Positions 7,340 to 16,500 of a stretch of 64,000 nt of DNA are shown piece by piece. Under the pieces are notes generated by a model that worked only from the letters and a program-made list of their open reading frames with translations, was not told the DNA's origin and did no database searches. The stretch is from positions 7,681-71,680 of the IMG/VR virus record IMGVR_UViG_3300031566_000019; one strand, written 5' to 3'. The stretch's first letter is position 1; every line of letters begins with the position of its first letter. The stretch is from a virus. Made by a program: the position numbers and the translations under genes.

Positions 7340-8922
7340 TACAGTTCCAAGTCGGGGGTCTCGTGCTGACGCTTCGCCTTCTTGCGCCACTTCTTCTGGT
7401 CATCGTCGTCACCGCCGCTCTTGGCTTGCTGCATGGCGGTGTCGAGCTCAGCCATGGTCGTGGTGTCATCCGTAAGGAGCCGACGCCATGTGAAGCGCAC
7501 GCTGACAGGGATGCGTTCAAACGGTTTCTGATCGCGCGACTTGAGACACTGGAAGATGGCCTTGTCGATCTTCCGTAGTTCGTCATCAATCCAAGTAGCT
7601 GTCACGATGTCTGCCGACCTCTCACACTCGTTCGCGTACGAAAGGTGCGTCAGATTGTACCGGCCTCCGCTCTTCTCAGCCGCTCGATAGCCTTCACGCG
7701 AGATCTGAAACAGGCACAAGACCGCGATCCCCATGCCGCGGTTGAACGACATCGCCATTCGCTTGAGATCTCGGACGACTTCGTTGAGCTTCTCCGTCGT
7801 GTTGGAGTACCGGCCACGCGCGCTCATCAAGCCAGCGTGGTCGACGACGATCATGGAGAAGGGTGTCTTCGAGAAAATGAGCTCGGCACGGCCCCGCAGA
7901 TCGGCCATCGAGAAGTCCGACTTGTCGGGATCGGCAACCTCCAGGTGGATGGAGCCGTACTCCTCAGCTTGGAGACTGTAGGGGCCCGCGTGGGGAACCG
8001 TCGAACGACCACCGAGGTCGGGGACCACGTACTCTCGAAGGAACCTCTCCTCGTTGTCGTTCAACAAGCCGTCGCGGATCTTCTCGTAGTCGAGGCCCCC
8101 GTCGATGCCGAGCTGTTCGCGGATATCCGCGAAGTCCTCATGTGCCGTGTGCATCGTGTAGATGATGTTGCGGCACTGCATGTAGGGCATCTCGAGCGAA
8201 AAATAGACGGTCGAGAACCCGAAGTAGACAGCTTGGACGTAGGCCCAATGGAGCGCGAACGTGGATTTCATCGAGCCCGTGAACCCTGCATGAATCCACA
8301 ACTCGTAGCGCTTGGCCCCTTTGAGGGCGGCATCAATCTGCGAGATGCCGCAGTACTGACCGATGCCGAATTTGGGATCCGCCTTGACCCGGTCATACCG
8401 GCTCAGGAAGTCCTCACCGTCCTGCGTCAGGTTGCCCGAGAGCTTCGACCCGAGCGTGGGCGCCACGATGTTGTGGCTCCCGTCGAGGACATACCGAATC
8501 GCGTCGATGGCTCCGAGGAGTTTCGTGCTCTTGCCTCGCGGGTCTTTGAGCTCGATGCCTGTCGAGATGATCTTGGCCCCCTCCTTGAACAACTCGATGG
8601 CGACGCGGTTACGACGGTCGCGGGCCTTCTCTTCAAGGTAGGTGAGAAAGTCGCCACGCGTACGCGGCTTGATCATCGCCAGCCGCTCGAGGCGGTCCAC
8701 CACGTCCGCTTCTTGAACGGCCGTGAAGTGTTGCCTCATCGTCTGGATAGATGGGACGTGTCCGTAGGTCTTGAAGAAGTCCTGCAGGTACGTCCAGACG
8801 ATGTTGTCTTCGGGGGTGTCGAAGCCAAGCCCCGACTCCTGCATCGCATGGTAGTTCTGCGCGAAGAGTTGCTCGCTGTCCGTAGCCTGAGCGAGGAAAC
8901 AGGATCGAAGGATGTTCTTCAT
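7339..8922 (-). CDS. dnaB: DnaB-like replicative helicase
   Basis: Walker A AGFTGSMKST, FSLEM, MIVVDH, LFQISRE and ERSADIV (SF4 helicase motifs). Confidence 0.92.
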   Translation of the reverse strand: MKNILRSCFLAQATDSEQLFAQNYHAMQESGLGFDTPEDNIVWTYLQDFFKTYGHVPSIQTMRQHFTAVQEADVVDRLERLAMIKPRTRGDFLTYLEEKARDRRNRVAIELFKEGAKIISTGIELKDPRGKSTKLLGAIDAIRYVLDGSHNIVAPTLGSKLSGNLTQDGEDFLSRYDRVKADPKFGIGQYCGISQIDAALKGAKRYELWIHAGFTGSMKSTFALHWAYVQAVYFGFSTVYFSLEMPYMQCRNIIYTMHTAHEDFADIREQLGIDGGLDYEKIRDGLLNDNEERFLREYVVPDLGGRSTVPHAGPYSLQAEEYGSIHLEVADPDKSDFSMADLRGRAELIFSKTPFSMIVVDHAGLMSARGRYSNTTEKLNEVVRDLKRMAMSFNRGMGIAVLCLFQISREGYRAAEKSGGRYNLTHLSYANECERSADIVTATWIDDELRKIDKAIFQCLKSRDQKPFERIPVSVRFTWRRLLTDDTTTMAELDTAMQQAKSGGDDDDQKKWRKKAKRQHETPDLEL

Positions 8923-9998
8923 CGCTTCCTCCCGAACGGCTTGTTCGAGGACTTTTTCTTGAACGCTTTAAGCCGTGACTGCTCCTCTTGCACTTCTTCG
9001 TTCTGTTTCATCTGATCAAGAAGGTTGCGAGTTCCGGTAGGCGTCACGCCCTCGTCGTCTTCCCCTTCGTCGTCCTCGCCTTCGTCGTCCTCGCCTTCGT
9101 CGTCCTCGCCTTCGTCGTCTTCCCCTTCGTCGTCCTCACCCTCCTCGTCCTCACCCTCCTCGTCCTCACCCTCCTCGTCCTCACCCTCAACTTCTTCATC
9201 TCCGTTGAGATCCGAGAGCGCATTTTCGATTTCGGCAGCAACCTCTTCGCCCCCGGCCTCAAGCAAGTCGTCGGGGTCCACATCGGACACGGTTTGCGCG
9301 GCCGCGATGGCTCCTCCCACAATCTTGAGGGAACCCGATCCGGTCAACCGGATGTGGGGCCAGTGAAGAAGCATCCCCTCGAGCGCCTCACTGTAAGCAC
9401 GGTGGTCGGTCGTCATCAGCGGCGCAGCCGGTTGGTCAAGCACCCACGAAGGGCGCCCGAGATGGCGCCGCGTCTTGATGGCCTCGAGGAGCACCGATGG
9501 GGTTTCCTTGTTCGGGGCCGTCTTCACTCCGAGCATGAAGACCACGAGTTCGTAAGACTCGACCAGCTCATCGATGTACATGGCCGTGACACGAACGGTG
9601 TCGAGCTCCGTATCGTAAATCTTGTGGCCTTGCGCGTACGCAGTGTTGAGCCACGCCTTCACGAGATCCTTGTCCGACCAAACGCGGACATCCCACATGT
9701 GATTCTTGCGGTAACAGACCGCTTTGAAGTGCTTACGGAAAACGGACTCTTGGGAAGTTATCCACAGGTCTCGTTTCGTAAGACTGAGGAGAGGGCAACT
9801 CTCCCGCAGTCCAGGCACGTCCTTGGTCTGAGACAGCGACGGCCAAATGCGCTCCATGTTGGCCCTGCGGTGATGGTCGAGGGTGCACTCACAGTCGCGG
9901 CCGCCTTTGTCACCCGGCATCGTGATCATGGACGGTGCGTAGATCCACCCCTCCCCTTTACACTTGGGGCAATCTGGGTCTGCGTAGGGCCGCTTCAC
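8919..9998 (-). CDS. degenerate DnaC/IstB-like helicase-loader homolog with an acidic repeat tail
   Basis: Probable GTG start at 9998 (GTGA overlap). N-terminal CPKC..CEC zinc motif, AAA-like remnants (DLWITSQ, YELVVFMLG, LEAIKTRRHLGRPSWV), directly upstream of dnaB, but no GxxGxGKT. Confidence 0.6.
   Translation of the reverse strand: MKRPYADPDCPKCKGEGWIYAPSMITMPGDKGGRDCECTLDHHRRANMERIWPSLSQTKDVPGLRESCPLLSLTKRDLWITSQESVFRKHFKAVCYRKNHMWDVRVWSDKDLVKAWLNTAYAQGHKIYDTELDTVRVTAMYIDELVESYELVVFMLGVKTAPNKETPSVLLEAIKTRRHLGRPSWVLDQPAAPLMTTDHRAYSEALEGMLLHWPHIRLTGSGSLKIVGGAIAAAQTVSDVDPDDLLEAGGEEVAAEIENALSDLNGDEEVEGEDEEGEDEEGEDEEGEDDEGEDDEGEDDEGEDDEGEDDEGEDDEGVTPTGTRNLLDQMKQNEEVQEEQSRLKAFKKKSSNKPFGRKR
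9048..9188. repeat. 15-bp tandem repeat, 9 full units plus a partial, encoding (EDEEG)3(EDDEG)6
   Basis: Units such as gccttcgtcgtcctc and accctcctcgtcctc read directly from the sequence. Confidence 0.95.
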
Positions 9999-11458
9999 CC
10001 TCCTTGTACCCCCAAGAGTTCCAAGATGCCGCCGCCTTCGTCGTCTTTCTCTCGAGAGGGGGCGTCCTCGCCTAAGAGGCGAGCTGTAGCGAGTTCCAAG
10101 TAGTCGGGGTTCACGTCGAGCCCAACGTAGTCTCGGCCGTTGTCGAGACTCACAACGCCTGTGGTGCCACTCCCCGAGAAGGGATCGAGAACCCGACACG
10201 GGATCGCCTCATGCGCAGGGCAACCACATGTTGGATGCCACACTGTCGTGGTCTTCGATTGTCCGTGCTCAGAGTCCTCCCCGTCGAGTTCTCCAGGGGC
10301 ACCTGTCGCCTTCATGACCTCCTCACGCCAGTCAGGGGGCTCAGTCGCCTCCACAGCGCGTTCCCACGGGTTGCCGCACATGGGGCAGCACCCGCGCTCG
10401 GACGTGCCTGCAAGGACACAGGGCTCAATCAGCTCCGGCGGGAAAACGGCGAAGTGCGCACCTCGGTACGGTTTCGGCGTTACCGTCCAGACGGATCGCT
10501 TGTTGCGCCCGTTGGCAGGACCTTGCTGAGCAAGATCGTCGCTGAGGTCGTAGTCGTACTTCTTGTCGGGCCGCATCGCATCGTACTGCGCCCCGCTGCG
10601 TGAAGTGAGCCGTCGCTGGGGTTTCATCGACAGCGGCTCTTTGATGGCATCGTGATCGTAGAAGTACTTGGCCTTCTTCGTGAGCATGAAGATATGCTCG
10701 TGGGATCGCGTGACTCGATCCCTCACGCTTTCAGGGAGCGGGTTGGGCTTGGCCCAGATGATCTCGCTGCGCAGGTACCACCCGTCGTCCTGGAGCGCGA
10801 AAGCAGAGCGCCAAGGGATACCAACAAGGTCCTTGGACTTGAGACCTGGAGGTGCGACGGGCTTCTTGTCTTTGTAGGTGAGACCCCGTTCTTCGAGTCG
10901 TTTGGAGATCGAGAAGTTGCCATCCTTCTTCTGGCCTGCGCGTCGCTTTGTCGTCTCGGATTGGTAGCTCGCCCCCGAAGGCCCGGACCCCGCGTAACTG
11001 TCCCCGAGGTTGAGCCAGCATGTGCCATCATCACGAAGGACTCGACGGATCTCACGGAAGATCTCGACAAGATGTCGCGTGTACATCTGAGGCGTAGGCT
11101 CAAGGCCGAACTGACCGAGCCATGCACCACACCTCTGGCAAAACTGCCCACTCCCGGCCGTCTGCCTTTTGTCTGCTGCTTCGGCGCTTTTCCCCTTGGT
11201 TGGCTCGACCTGATTCGGATGGTGAGGTCTGCCCATCGGCCCCCACTCGTGATCGCACCCCTCGTCGCCTCCCCACACCTGTGCCTCACCCTCGTAATCA
11301 CGAAGACCCCAATACGGAGGGGACGTGATCATGCACTGCATGGAGCCCTCAGGGAGACGGCGCAACCCCTCAAGACAACTCGCCCCGTAGAACAAAGTGG
11401 CCGTAGCGGGATGGTCCCCGAGGGGTCTGCGTACTTCTACCGGCTCCACCTCACTCAT
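9995..11458 (-). CDS. intact beta-class DNA methyltransferase (N4-cytosine/N6-adenine family)
   Basis: ITSPPYWGLRDY, RVLRDDGTCWLNLGDSY, EIIWAKPNPLPES..RSHEHIF, AHFAVFPPEL and VLDPFSGSGTTG, with Cys-rich inserts. Confidence 0.93.
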   Translation of the reverse strand: MSEVEPVEVRRPLGDHPATATLFYGASCLEGLRRLPEGSMQCMITSPPYWGLRDYEGEAQVWGGDEGCDHEWGPMGRPHHPNQVEPTKGKSAEAADKRQTAGSGQFCQRCGAWLGQFGLEPTPQMYTRHLVEIFREIRRVLRDDGTCWLNLGDSYAGSGPSGASYQSETTKRRAGQKKDGNFSISKRLEERGLTYKDKKPVAPPGLKSKDLVGIPWRSAFALQDDGWYLRSEIIWAKPNPLPESVRDRVTRSHEHIFMLTKKAKYFYDHDAIKEPLSMKPQRRLTSRSGAQYDAMRPDKKYDYDLSDDLAQQGPANGRNKRSVWTVTPKPYRGAHFAVFPPELIEPCVLAGTSERGCCPMCGNPWERAVEATEPPDWREEVMKATGAPGELDGEDSEHGQSKTTTVWHPTCGCPAHEAIPCRVLDPFSGSGTTGVVSLDNGRDYVGLDVNPDYLELATARLLGEDAPSREKDDEGGGILELLGVQGG

Positions 11459-13059
11459 GCGTACTTCCTCGCGTCCCGCATGAGTGCTGTGAAGATGTCA
11501 TCGATGCTGTTGTCGTCGGTGACGGTGATGTCGCCCATGTTCTCGCCTTTGAGTCGTTTGCCCATGACCTTCTCGATGAGCTGCATCTTCTTCCGAAGAA
11601 CGCCCATCACCCGCACATCAATCGTACCGCGCGCAACCAAGTGGATGGCATAGCAGCGATCGTGTGTTGAGCCGATGCGAATCATGCGACCGAGAATTTG
11701 GAGGTAGTCTCCGGCCGACCACGGCGAGTCGTAGAAAATGATGGCCTTGGCTGCTTGAAGGTTGATGCCCTCAGCGGCGGCCATCGTGATCCAACAGACC
11801 TGCACGTCGGACGACGGATCTTGGAACGCCTGCATGTTTTCTTTGCGGACGTTCTCGTCGGTCTCGGCCCCCGTGATGCGCACCGACTTGATCTTGTACT
11901 TCTTGGAGTTCCCTACCTCCTCGAGCTTGTCGATCATCTTGCGGAAACGCGAAAACACGATGACCTTCTCCCCTGCGAGGTCCCCCTCCGTGAGGAGCTC
12001 AAACAGTTCCTGCATCTTGTCGCTGTCACCTTCGACATTGATGAGCTCAGGGTGGTCAACGATCTGCTGACAGTAGATGAGGGCCGTGAGTTTGGTGGTC
12101 TCGACCTCCTCACCGTCCTGCCTCTCGAAGAGACCGGCGAGGGCTTCCTTGTAGACACGCTCTTGGTCCCGCGTCATGCCACACTTGTGCTCGCGGATCT
12201 GGAGCACCGGCAGCTCCTTCGCCACGTCGAACTTGGCGCGTGCAAGGAAGTACGGATCGATCTTCTCGCGGAACGACGCAATCTGGTCGTTGCGGTATCC
12301 GATGATGACGGGGATCTGTCGGCGGCTGCCCGGAATTGCTTGCAGCCGTGTCAGACAGTACTGCGTCATGAACTTGTTCTTCGTGCTCGGAAACAGCCCC
12401 GGCACCACCAGCGAATAGATGGCGTAGCCTTCGATGAGGTTGTTCTTGATCAGCGTGGCCGTCAGAGCCCAGAAGCGTGATGAGTTGTTCGCCAAGTGGC
12501 GCACCACCTGGTAGGTCTGCGTGCTTGGGTTCTTGTACGCCGTCGCCTCATCAGTGATGAGCACGTAGTCTGTCCAGGCCTGGATGTACTTGATGTCGCG
12601 CCGCGCGGTCGCGTAGCCCATGATGAGAACGGTGGGCCCCGTGGAGTGCTCGAACTCCTTGTAGACCTTCTGCCGTTTGGGGGGCGTCCCGGTACAGGTG
12701 ATGACCTTGATCTTATCGGGCTCGCAGAACTTGTCGAACTCAAGCGCCCATTGCCCGACAACGCTCTTGTTCGTCAGGATGATGGTCTTCATGTTGGGCT
12801 CTTTGGCCCACACGTAGCAGAGCGCGGAGATGCTCTGGATCGTCTTGCCCAGACCGGTGTCGTCGCCGAGCAAGAACCGGTTCATCGTGACCAAGTGCAC
12901 GATGCCCTGCACTTGGTAGTAGCGATGACGGAACGGTTTTTCAGAACCGTCGAAGTCCGTGAAGGTCTGCTTGAGCAGAGGCGTCGGCTTCAGGGACAGG
13001 TCCGTTTTTTCACGGATCTGTTTGAGCCGAGTGTGAGCAGCCGCGAGCTTCGGGTCCAT
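11455..13059 (-). CDS. SNF2-family (SF2) helicase/ATPase
   Basis: LLGDDTGLGKT, ITDEAT, LTATLIKNNL, KVIVFS, EGINLQ and QILGRMIRIG. Confidence 0.93.
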   Translation of the reverse strand: MDPKLAAAHTRLKQIREKTDLSLKPTPLLKQTFTDFDGSEKPFRHRYYQVQGIVHLVTMNRFLLGDDTGLGKTIQSISALCYVWAKEPNMKTIILTNKSVVGQWALEFDKFCEPDKIKVITCTGTPPKRQKVYKEFEHSTGPTVLIMGYATARRDIKYIQAWTDYVLITDEATAYKNPSTQTYQVVRHLANNSSRFWALTATLIKNNLIEGYAIYSLVVPGLFPSTKNKFMTQYCLTRLQAIPGSRRQIPVIIGYRNDQIASFREKIDPYFLARAKFDVAKELPVLQIREHKCGMTRDQERVYKEALAGLFERQDGEEVETTKLTALIYCQQIVDHPELINVEGDSDKMQELFELLTEGDLAGEKVIVFSRFRKMIDKLEEVGNSKKYKIKSVRITGAETDENVRKENMQAFQDPSSDVQVCWITMAAAEGINLQAAKAIIFYDSPWSAGDYLQILGRMIRIGSTHDRCYAIHLVARGTIDVRVMGVLRKKMQLIEKVMGKRLKGENMGDITVTDDNSIDDIFTALMRDARKYA

Positions 13060-13076
13060 GCGACCGTTATACGCAC

Positions 13077-13745
13077 CTAGTCGAACAACTCGACCATGCG
13101 ACGAACGGCAGGCTTGAGCTGGAACCGGTCCTCACCGAGACGGTTCTTGAAATCTCGGAGAAGAAGAATCGAAGCTTGAGCTTTGGAGCCCTTCCCGCGC
13201 CCTTGGAAGACATCGAGCAGGTCTCGAGATTTCGCCCAAACCACGTTCGTGAACTTACGCTCCACCTTTGACACGAAGTTCTTGAGGAACCACTCGCCCA
13301 GCTCTTTCAATGCGGCATCCCGAGAAGGAGCCTCTTCCATGTGCGGGACACTCATGCGCTGCCACGAGCTCGGCACTTCCCCGAACCACATCCGCGCGCT
13401 CTGCATCGTTTTGAGTGCGTTTTTCAGGCGCGACGGCATCGAAGGCCAGTGCTGCCCGTTGACCACGTACCAGTTGAGAAACAGGGGATCGATGCCGTGC
13501 CGCTTCGCGATACGCTTCTCTGCTTGATCGAGTCCGTGAAACTCTGTCTTCATGGCGCGGATGAGTTCGTTCTTGAGGGACTCGTAGGCACCATCCAGAA
13601 CGGCCTCGCGTTCCCTCGGAGACATCGCCAAGGCGCGTGGAGGGGTGACTCCTCGTGCGGGCTCTTTCTTCTTCTCGGGTCCTAGAAGCTTCTCAAGCAA
13701 CCAAGACCTGGCGACTCTTTCAGGGCTAGCGGTGTGGAGGCTCAT
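13077..13745 (-). CDS. hypothetical basic protein
   Basis: Clean 222-aa ORF coupled to the upstream gene (ATGA); no recognisable motif. Confidence 0.7.
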   Translation of the reverse strand: MSLHTASPERVARSWLLEKLLGPEKKKEPARGVTPPRALAMSPREREAVLDGAYESLKNELIRAMKTEFHGLDQAEKRIAKRHGIDPLFLNWYVVNGQHWPSMPSRLKNALKTMQSARMWFGEVPSSWQRMSVPHMEEAPSRDAALKELGEWFLKNFVSKVERKFTNVVWAKSRDLLDVFQGRGKGSKAQASILLLRDFKNRLGEDRFQLKPAVRRMVELFD

Positions 13746-14563
13746 GTATCAGGGTCCCGAACGTCGAGGACGACGCGGCCGGGACCGGAGATTTGAAGAT
13801 CGGCCCCACGAACGGTCCGCGTCGCGCGTACCTGTCCATAGGGATGAATAGAGAAATCAACGTCGGGCATCTCAATTCGGCCCTGGACCTCTCTTTCAAG
13901 CGTATGCGGGATATGCGGCGCCTTTTCCACGATCTGTTTCGCCACATCCGCCATCGGAAGCGAGTGCAAGTTTGCCGCTCTCAGCGCACCTTGCGTCTTG
14001 TTTCCCACGATCCCGTCGATATTGCCCACGTTGAACCCGATGCGGTGCAAATGCGCTTGGACAAGGCGCTCTGTGATGCGACCCCCCTCCCACTTGCCAA
14101 CATCGACCTGAGCCGCACAACAGAACGATGGGAACCCGGCTTCTCCTCGACCGGCACCGAGCAAGTGGTCCATCAGCAAAGCCCATTCACCAAAGTAGTG
14201 GAACACGGTGTCGTGGGGTCCCGCCAAGGGATAGCGAGTGAAAGGCACGAGTCCGAGAGGCACCGCGATGGCCCAGAGCATGGCGATCTCACGCTCACGT
14301 CTTGAAGCGTTCGGACCCTCGTCGTCCTTGATCGTCAACTTGAGGTACGCCTCGCGCCCCGTTGGCACTGCGGACCATTCAGGCGGTAGCCCAGTAGGCC
14401 CTGGGTTCTCGCGTACCTGGTCCCAGGTCATCTCTAGCTGACCGGGCCCCTCGATCAAAACCGTTGCCTTCAACTTCGAGATGCGTCGCTCGAGCTGCCG
14501 CAAGGCTTCAACCGTGTCGGGCGTGAACGTCCCACGCTTGAACTGGACAAGACGGCCCCTCAC
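13742..14563 (-). CDS. peptidoglycan-binding domain protein with a degenerate M15 peptidase-like N-terminus
   Basis: VQAHLHRIGFNVGNIDGIVGNKTQGALRA is the PG_binding_1 signature (DGxxGxxT). The N-terminal region follows an M15-like layout but lacks the SxH..D zinc ligands. Confidence 0.7.
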   Translation of the reverse strand: MRGRLVQFKRGTFTPDTVEALRQLERRISKLKATVLIEGPGQLEMTWDQVRENPGPTGLPPEWSAVPTGREAYLKLTIKDDEGPNASRREREIAMLWAIAVPLGLVPFTRYPLAGPHDTVFHYFGEWALLMDHLLGAGRGEAGFPSFCCAAQVDVGKWEGGRITERLVQAHLHRIGFNVGNIDGIVGNKTQGALRAANLHSLPMADVAKQIVEKAPHIPHTLEREVQGRIEMPDVDFSIHPYGQVRATRTVRGADLQISGPGRVVLDVRDPDT

Positions 14564-14769
14564 GAGTTGGCTCCTGGCATCGACATCTCCTCACGATACC
14601 CTTGGAGCATCAACGCACAGGCTTCGCGGAGCGCTTTCAAGTCGGCTGCGTCCTTGATGAGAGCCCGCGTGCCGTACTCGTCCTCGAGGAAAAGGTCGCC
14701 GTCATCGAAGATGCGCACGATCTTGAACAGGTGATCGTGGAACGTGAAAATCTGGACAAGTTCGTTCAT
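14560..14769 (-). CDS. small hypothetical protein
   Basis: 69-aa ORF filling the gap; GTGA overlap with the downstream gene. Confidence 0.6.
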   Translation of the reverse strand: MNELVQIFTFHDHLFKIVRIFDDGDLFLEDEYGTRALIKDAADLKALREACALMLQGYREEMSMPGANS

Positions 14770-14775
14770 GAATCT

Positions 14776-16446
14776 CTAGCTTTCTACGCGAGTGAGCGCG
14801 ACTTCTGCGCTCAAAAGGGTCGAAGCTGTTGAGATGGCCATCAAAATGGTGGCCTTCACAACCTCGAGGGGGTCGCACAGAACAGGACTCTGGCGCAGAT
14901 CTCGGATCTCACCCGTCATGGCGTCCCAACCGGCCTCCCACGACGGGGCCGGTTGGGGGTCACCAGGGGCACAGGAGGCCCTGAGAACGGCTTGGACCAC
15001 CACAGAGGGCTCGTGGCCTGCGTTCTTGGCGAGCGTCCTGAGAGGCTCCCTGAGAGCCTTGACAAGGATCTCGTCGCCTACCCCTGACAGTGCGAAGATC
15101 GGGGAGTTGCCCCGGGAAGCGTTGACCGCGAGTTCCAAGAAGACCGAAAGCGCCAAGTATGCGATCCCCCCGCCGGGAACGACGCCCCCTTCGACAGCAA
15201 CCCTGACGGCGCCGAGAGCATCTTCGATCCTCGCTCGTCGTTCGCGAATCTCCGTATCGGACCAGCCGCCGACCCTCATGATGCAGAGCCCGTCGGTGAG
15301 CCGTGCGATCCTCGTGCGGAGTTCCTCGACGTTGTGGCTCGATCCCTCTCCTTCGATTTCACGCTGGAGTTGGGCCACGCGCTCCTCGATGAGGGGGAAC
15401 TTGTCCTCGTAGGCGACGAAGGTTGAGGACTCCCTACCGATGGTCGCCGTCTGTGCTGAACCGAGCATCCAGGACTCGAACTGCTTGAGTGGCGTGACTG
15501 CGGGGTCGATCACGGTTGCCCCTGTCAGCGCAGCAAGATCGTCGAGATGACTGCGCATGAAGTCGACATGACCCGGGCATCGCACGGCCGTCACTTCAAA
15601 CTTCCTGCCGTCATTTCGCTCGAGTTTGCGATCGTTGGCGACGAGCACCTTCACCGCTTCCCCGAAGCACCCGCGAGAAACAATGATGAGGGGGTGCGGG
15701 AACTGTGTGGCCTCCTCAAGGATGGGAGCGATGTGCTCCATCGTGGTGAGCTCGGAGTTCACGAGCGCAACGAGGGGCATGTCCAGGGGCCTGTCCGATC
15801 CGTCAGGGTTGAGCAGCTCGCTGCTTTCGCACCCCTTGTTGATCTCCATGCCCGTCTTGTGCACGAGCTCGATACCTCGTCCCCTCCCCTCTTCCACGAT
15901 GATCATGCCTTCGGAACCCACAAGGCCGAACGCTTCCACGATGGCTGATGCTGCTTCGTCGTCTCCGTTGGAAGCCGCGAGCGCGACCTCTTTCATCAGG
16001 GTCTCGTCCTCTACGTCCTCGGGGCAGCACACGTCGAACAGGTTCGCCCCTACCAAGTTGTCCGCAACCCGCTGTAGGTCTTGGGCAAGTAACACCGGGT
16101 GAGCCCCTGCAGCGATCCACTTGAGACTTTCTCGCAGGATGGCATGGACGAGGATGGCCGTCGTAGTCGTCCCGTCACCGCAGCTCTTGTTGACGTTGCT
16201 GCACGCTTCTTGAACGATGCGTGTGCCGAGTCTACGGATAGGGTCTTCGGGTTCGATCTCCCACGCGACAGACACGCCGTCTTTGGTGGAGAGCACGCCT
16301 CCCGGGCGGTCGAGCATGACGGTGCGCCCGCGGGGGCCATAGGTGGCCGCAACAGCGCGGGTCATTTCTTCGACCCCCTCGAGCATTCGCTTACGGGCGG
16401 CGATACCACGAGAGATCTTGACCGGTTTTTTCCTGGGTCGTTTCAC
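14776..16446 (-). CDS. groEL: phage-encoded GroEL-like chaperonin
   Basis: TYGPRGRTV, TKDGVSVA, GDGTTT, ARIEDALGAVRVAVEGGVVPGGG and DPLEVVK; divergent, with no GGM tail. Confidence 0.95.
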   Translation of the reverse strand: MKRPRKKPVKISRGIAARKRMLEGVEEMTRAVAATYGPRGRTVMLDRPGGVLSTKDGVSVAWEIEPEDPIRRLGTRIVQEACSNVNKSCGDGTTTTAILVHAILRESLKWIAAGAHPVLLAQDLQRVADNLVGANLFDVCCPEDVEDETLMKEVALAASNGDDEAASAIVEAFGLVGSEGMIIVEEGRGRGIELVHKTGMEINKGCESSELLNPDGSDRPLDMPLVALVNSELTTMEHIAPILEEATQFPHPLIIVSRGCFGEAVKVLVANDRKLERNDGRKFEVTAVRCPGHVDFMRSHLDDLAALTGATVIDPAVTPLKQFESWMLGSAQTATIGRESSTFVAYEDKFPLIEERVAQLQREIEGEGSSHNVEELRTRIARLTDGLCIMRVGGWSDTEIRERRARIEDALGAVRVAVEGGVVPGGGIAYLALSVFLELAVNASRGNSPIFALSGVGDEILVKALREPLRTLAKNAGHEPSVVVQAVLRASCAPGDPQPAPSWEAGWDAMTGEIRDLRQSPVLCDPLEVVKATILMAISTASTLLSAEVALTRVES

Positions 16447-16500
16447 AGCGCAAAGGAGGAACGTGAAGTGCCCCTCATTGTACGCGCGAAGATAAGCGAG

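Noticed and set aside
9048-9188. CRISPR-like array
   Set aside because: The 15-bp units are contiguous with no spacers and lie in frame within a CDS.
9999-10199. Arg-rich N-terminal extension of ORF 8919-10199
   Set aside because: It overlaps the 3' end of the intact MTase; GTG 9998 with a GTGA overlap is the more plausible start.
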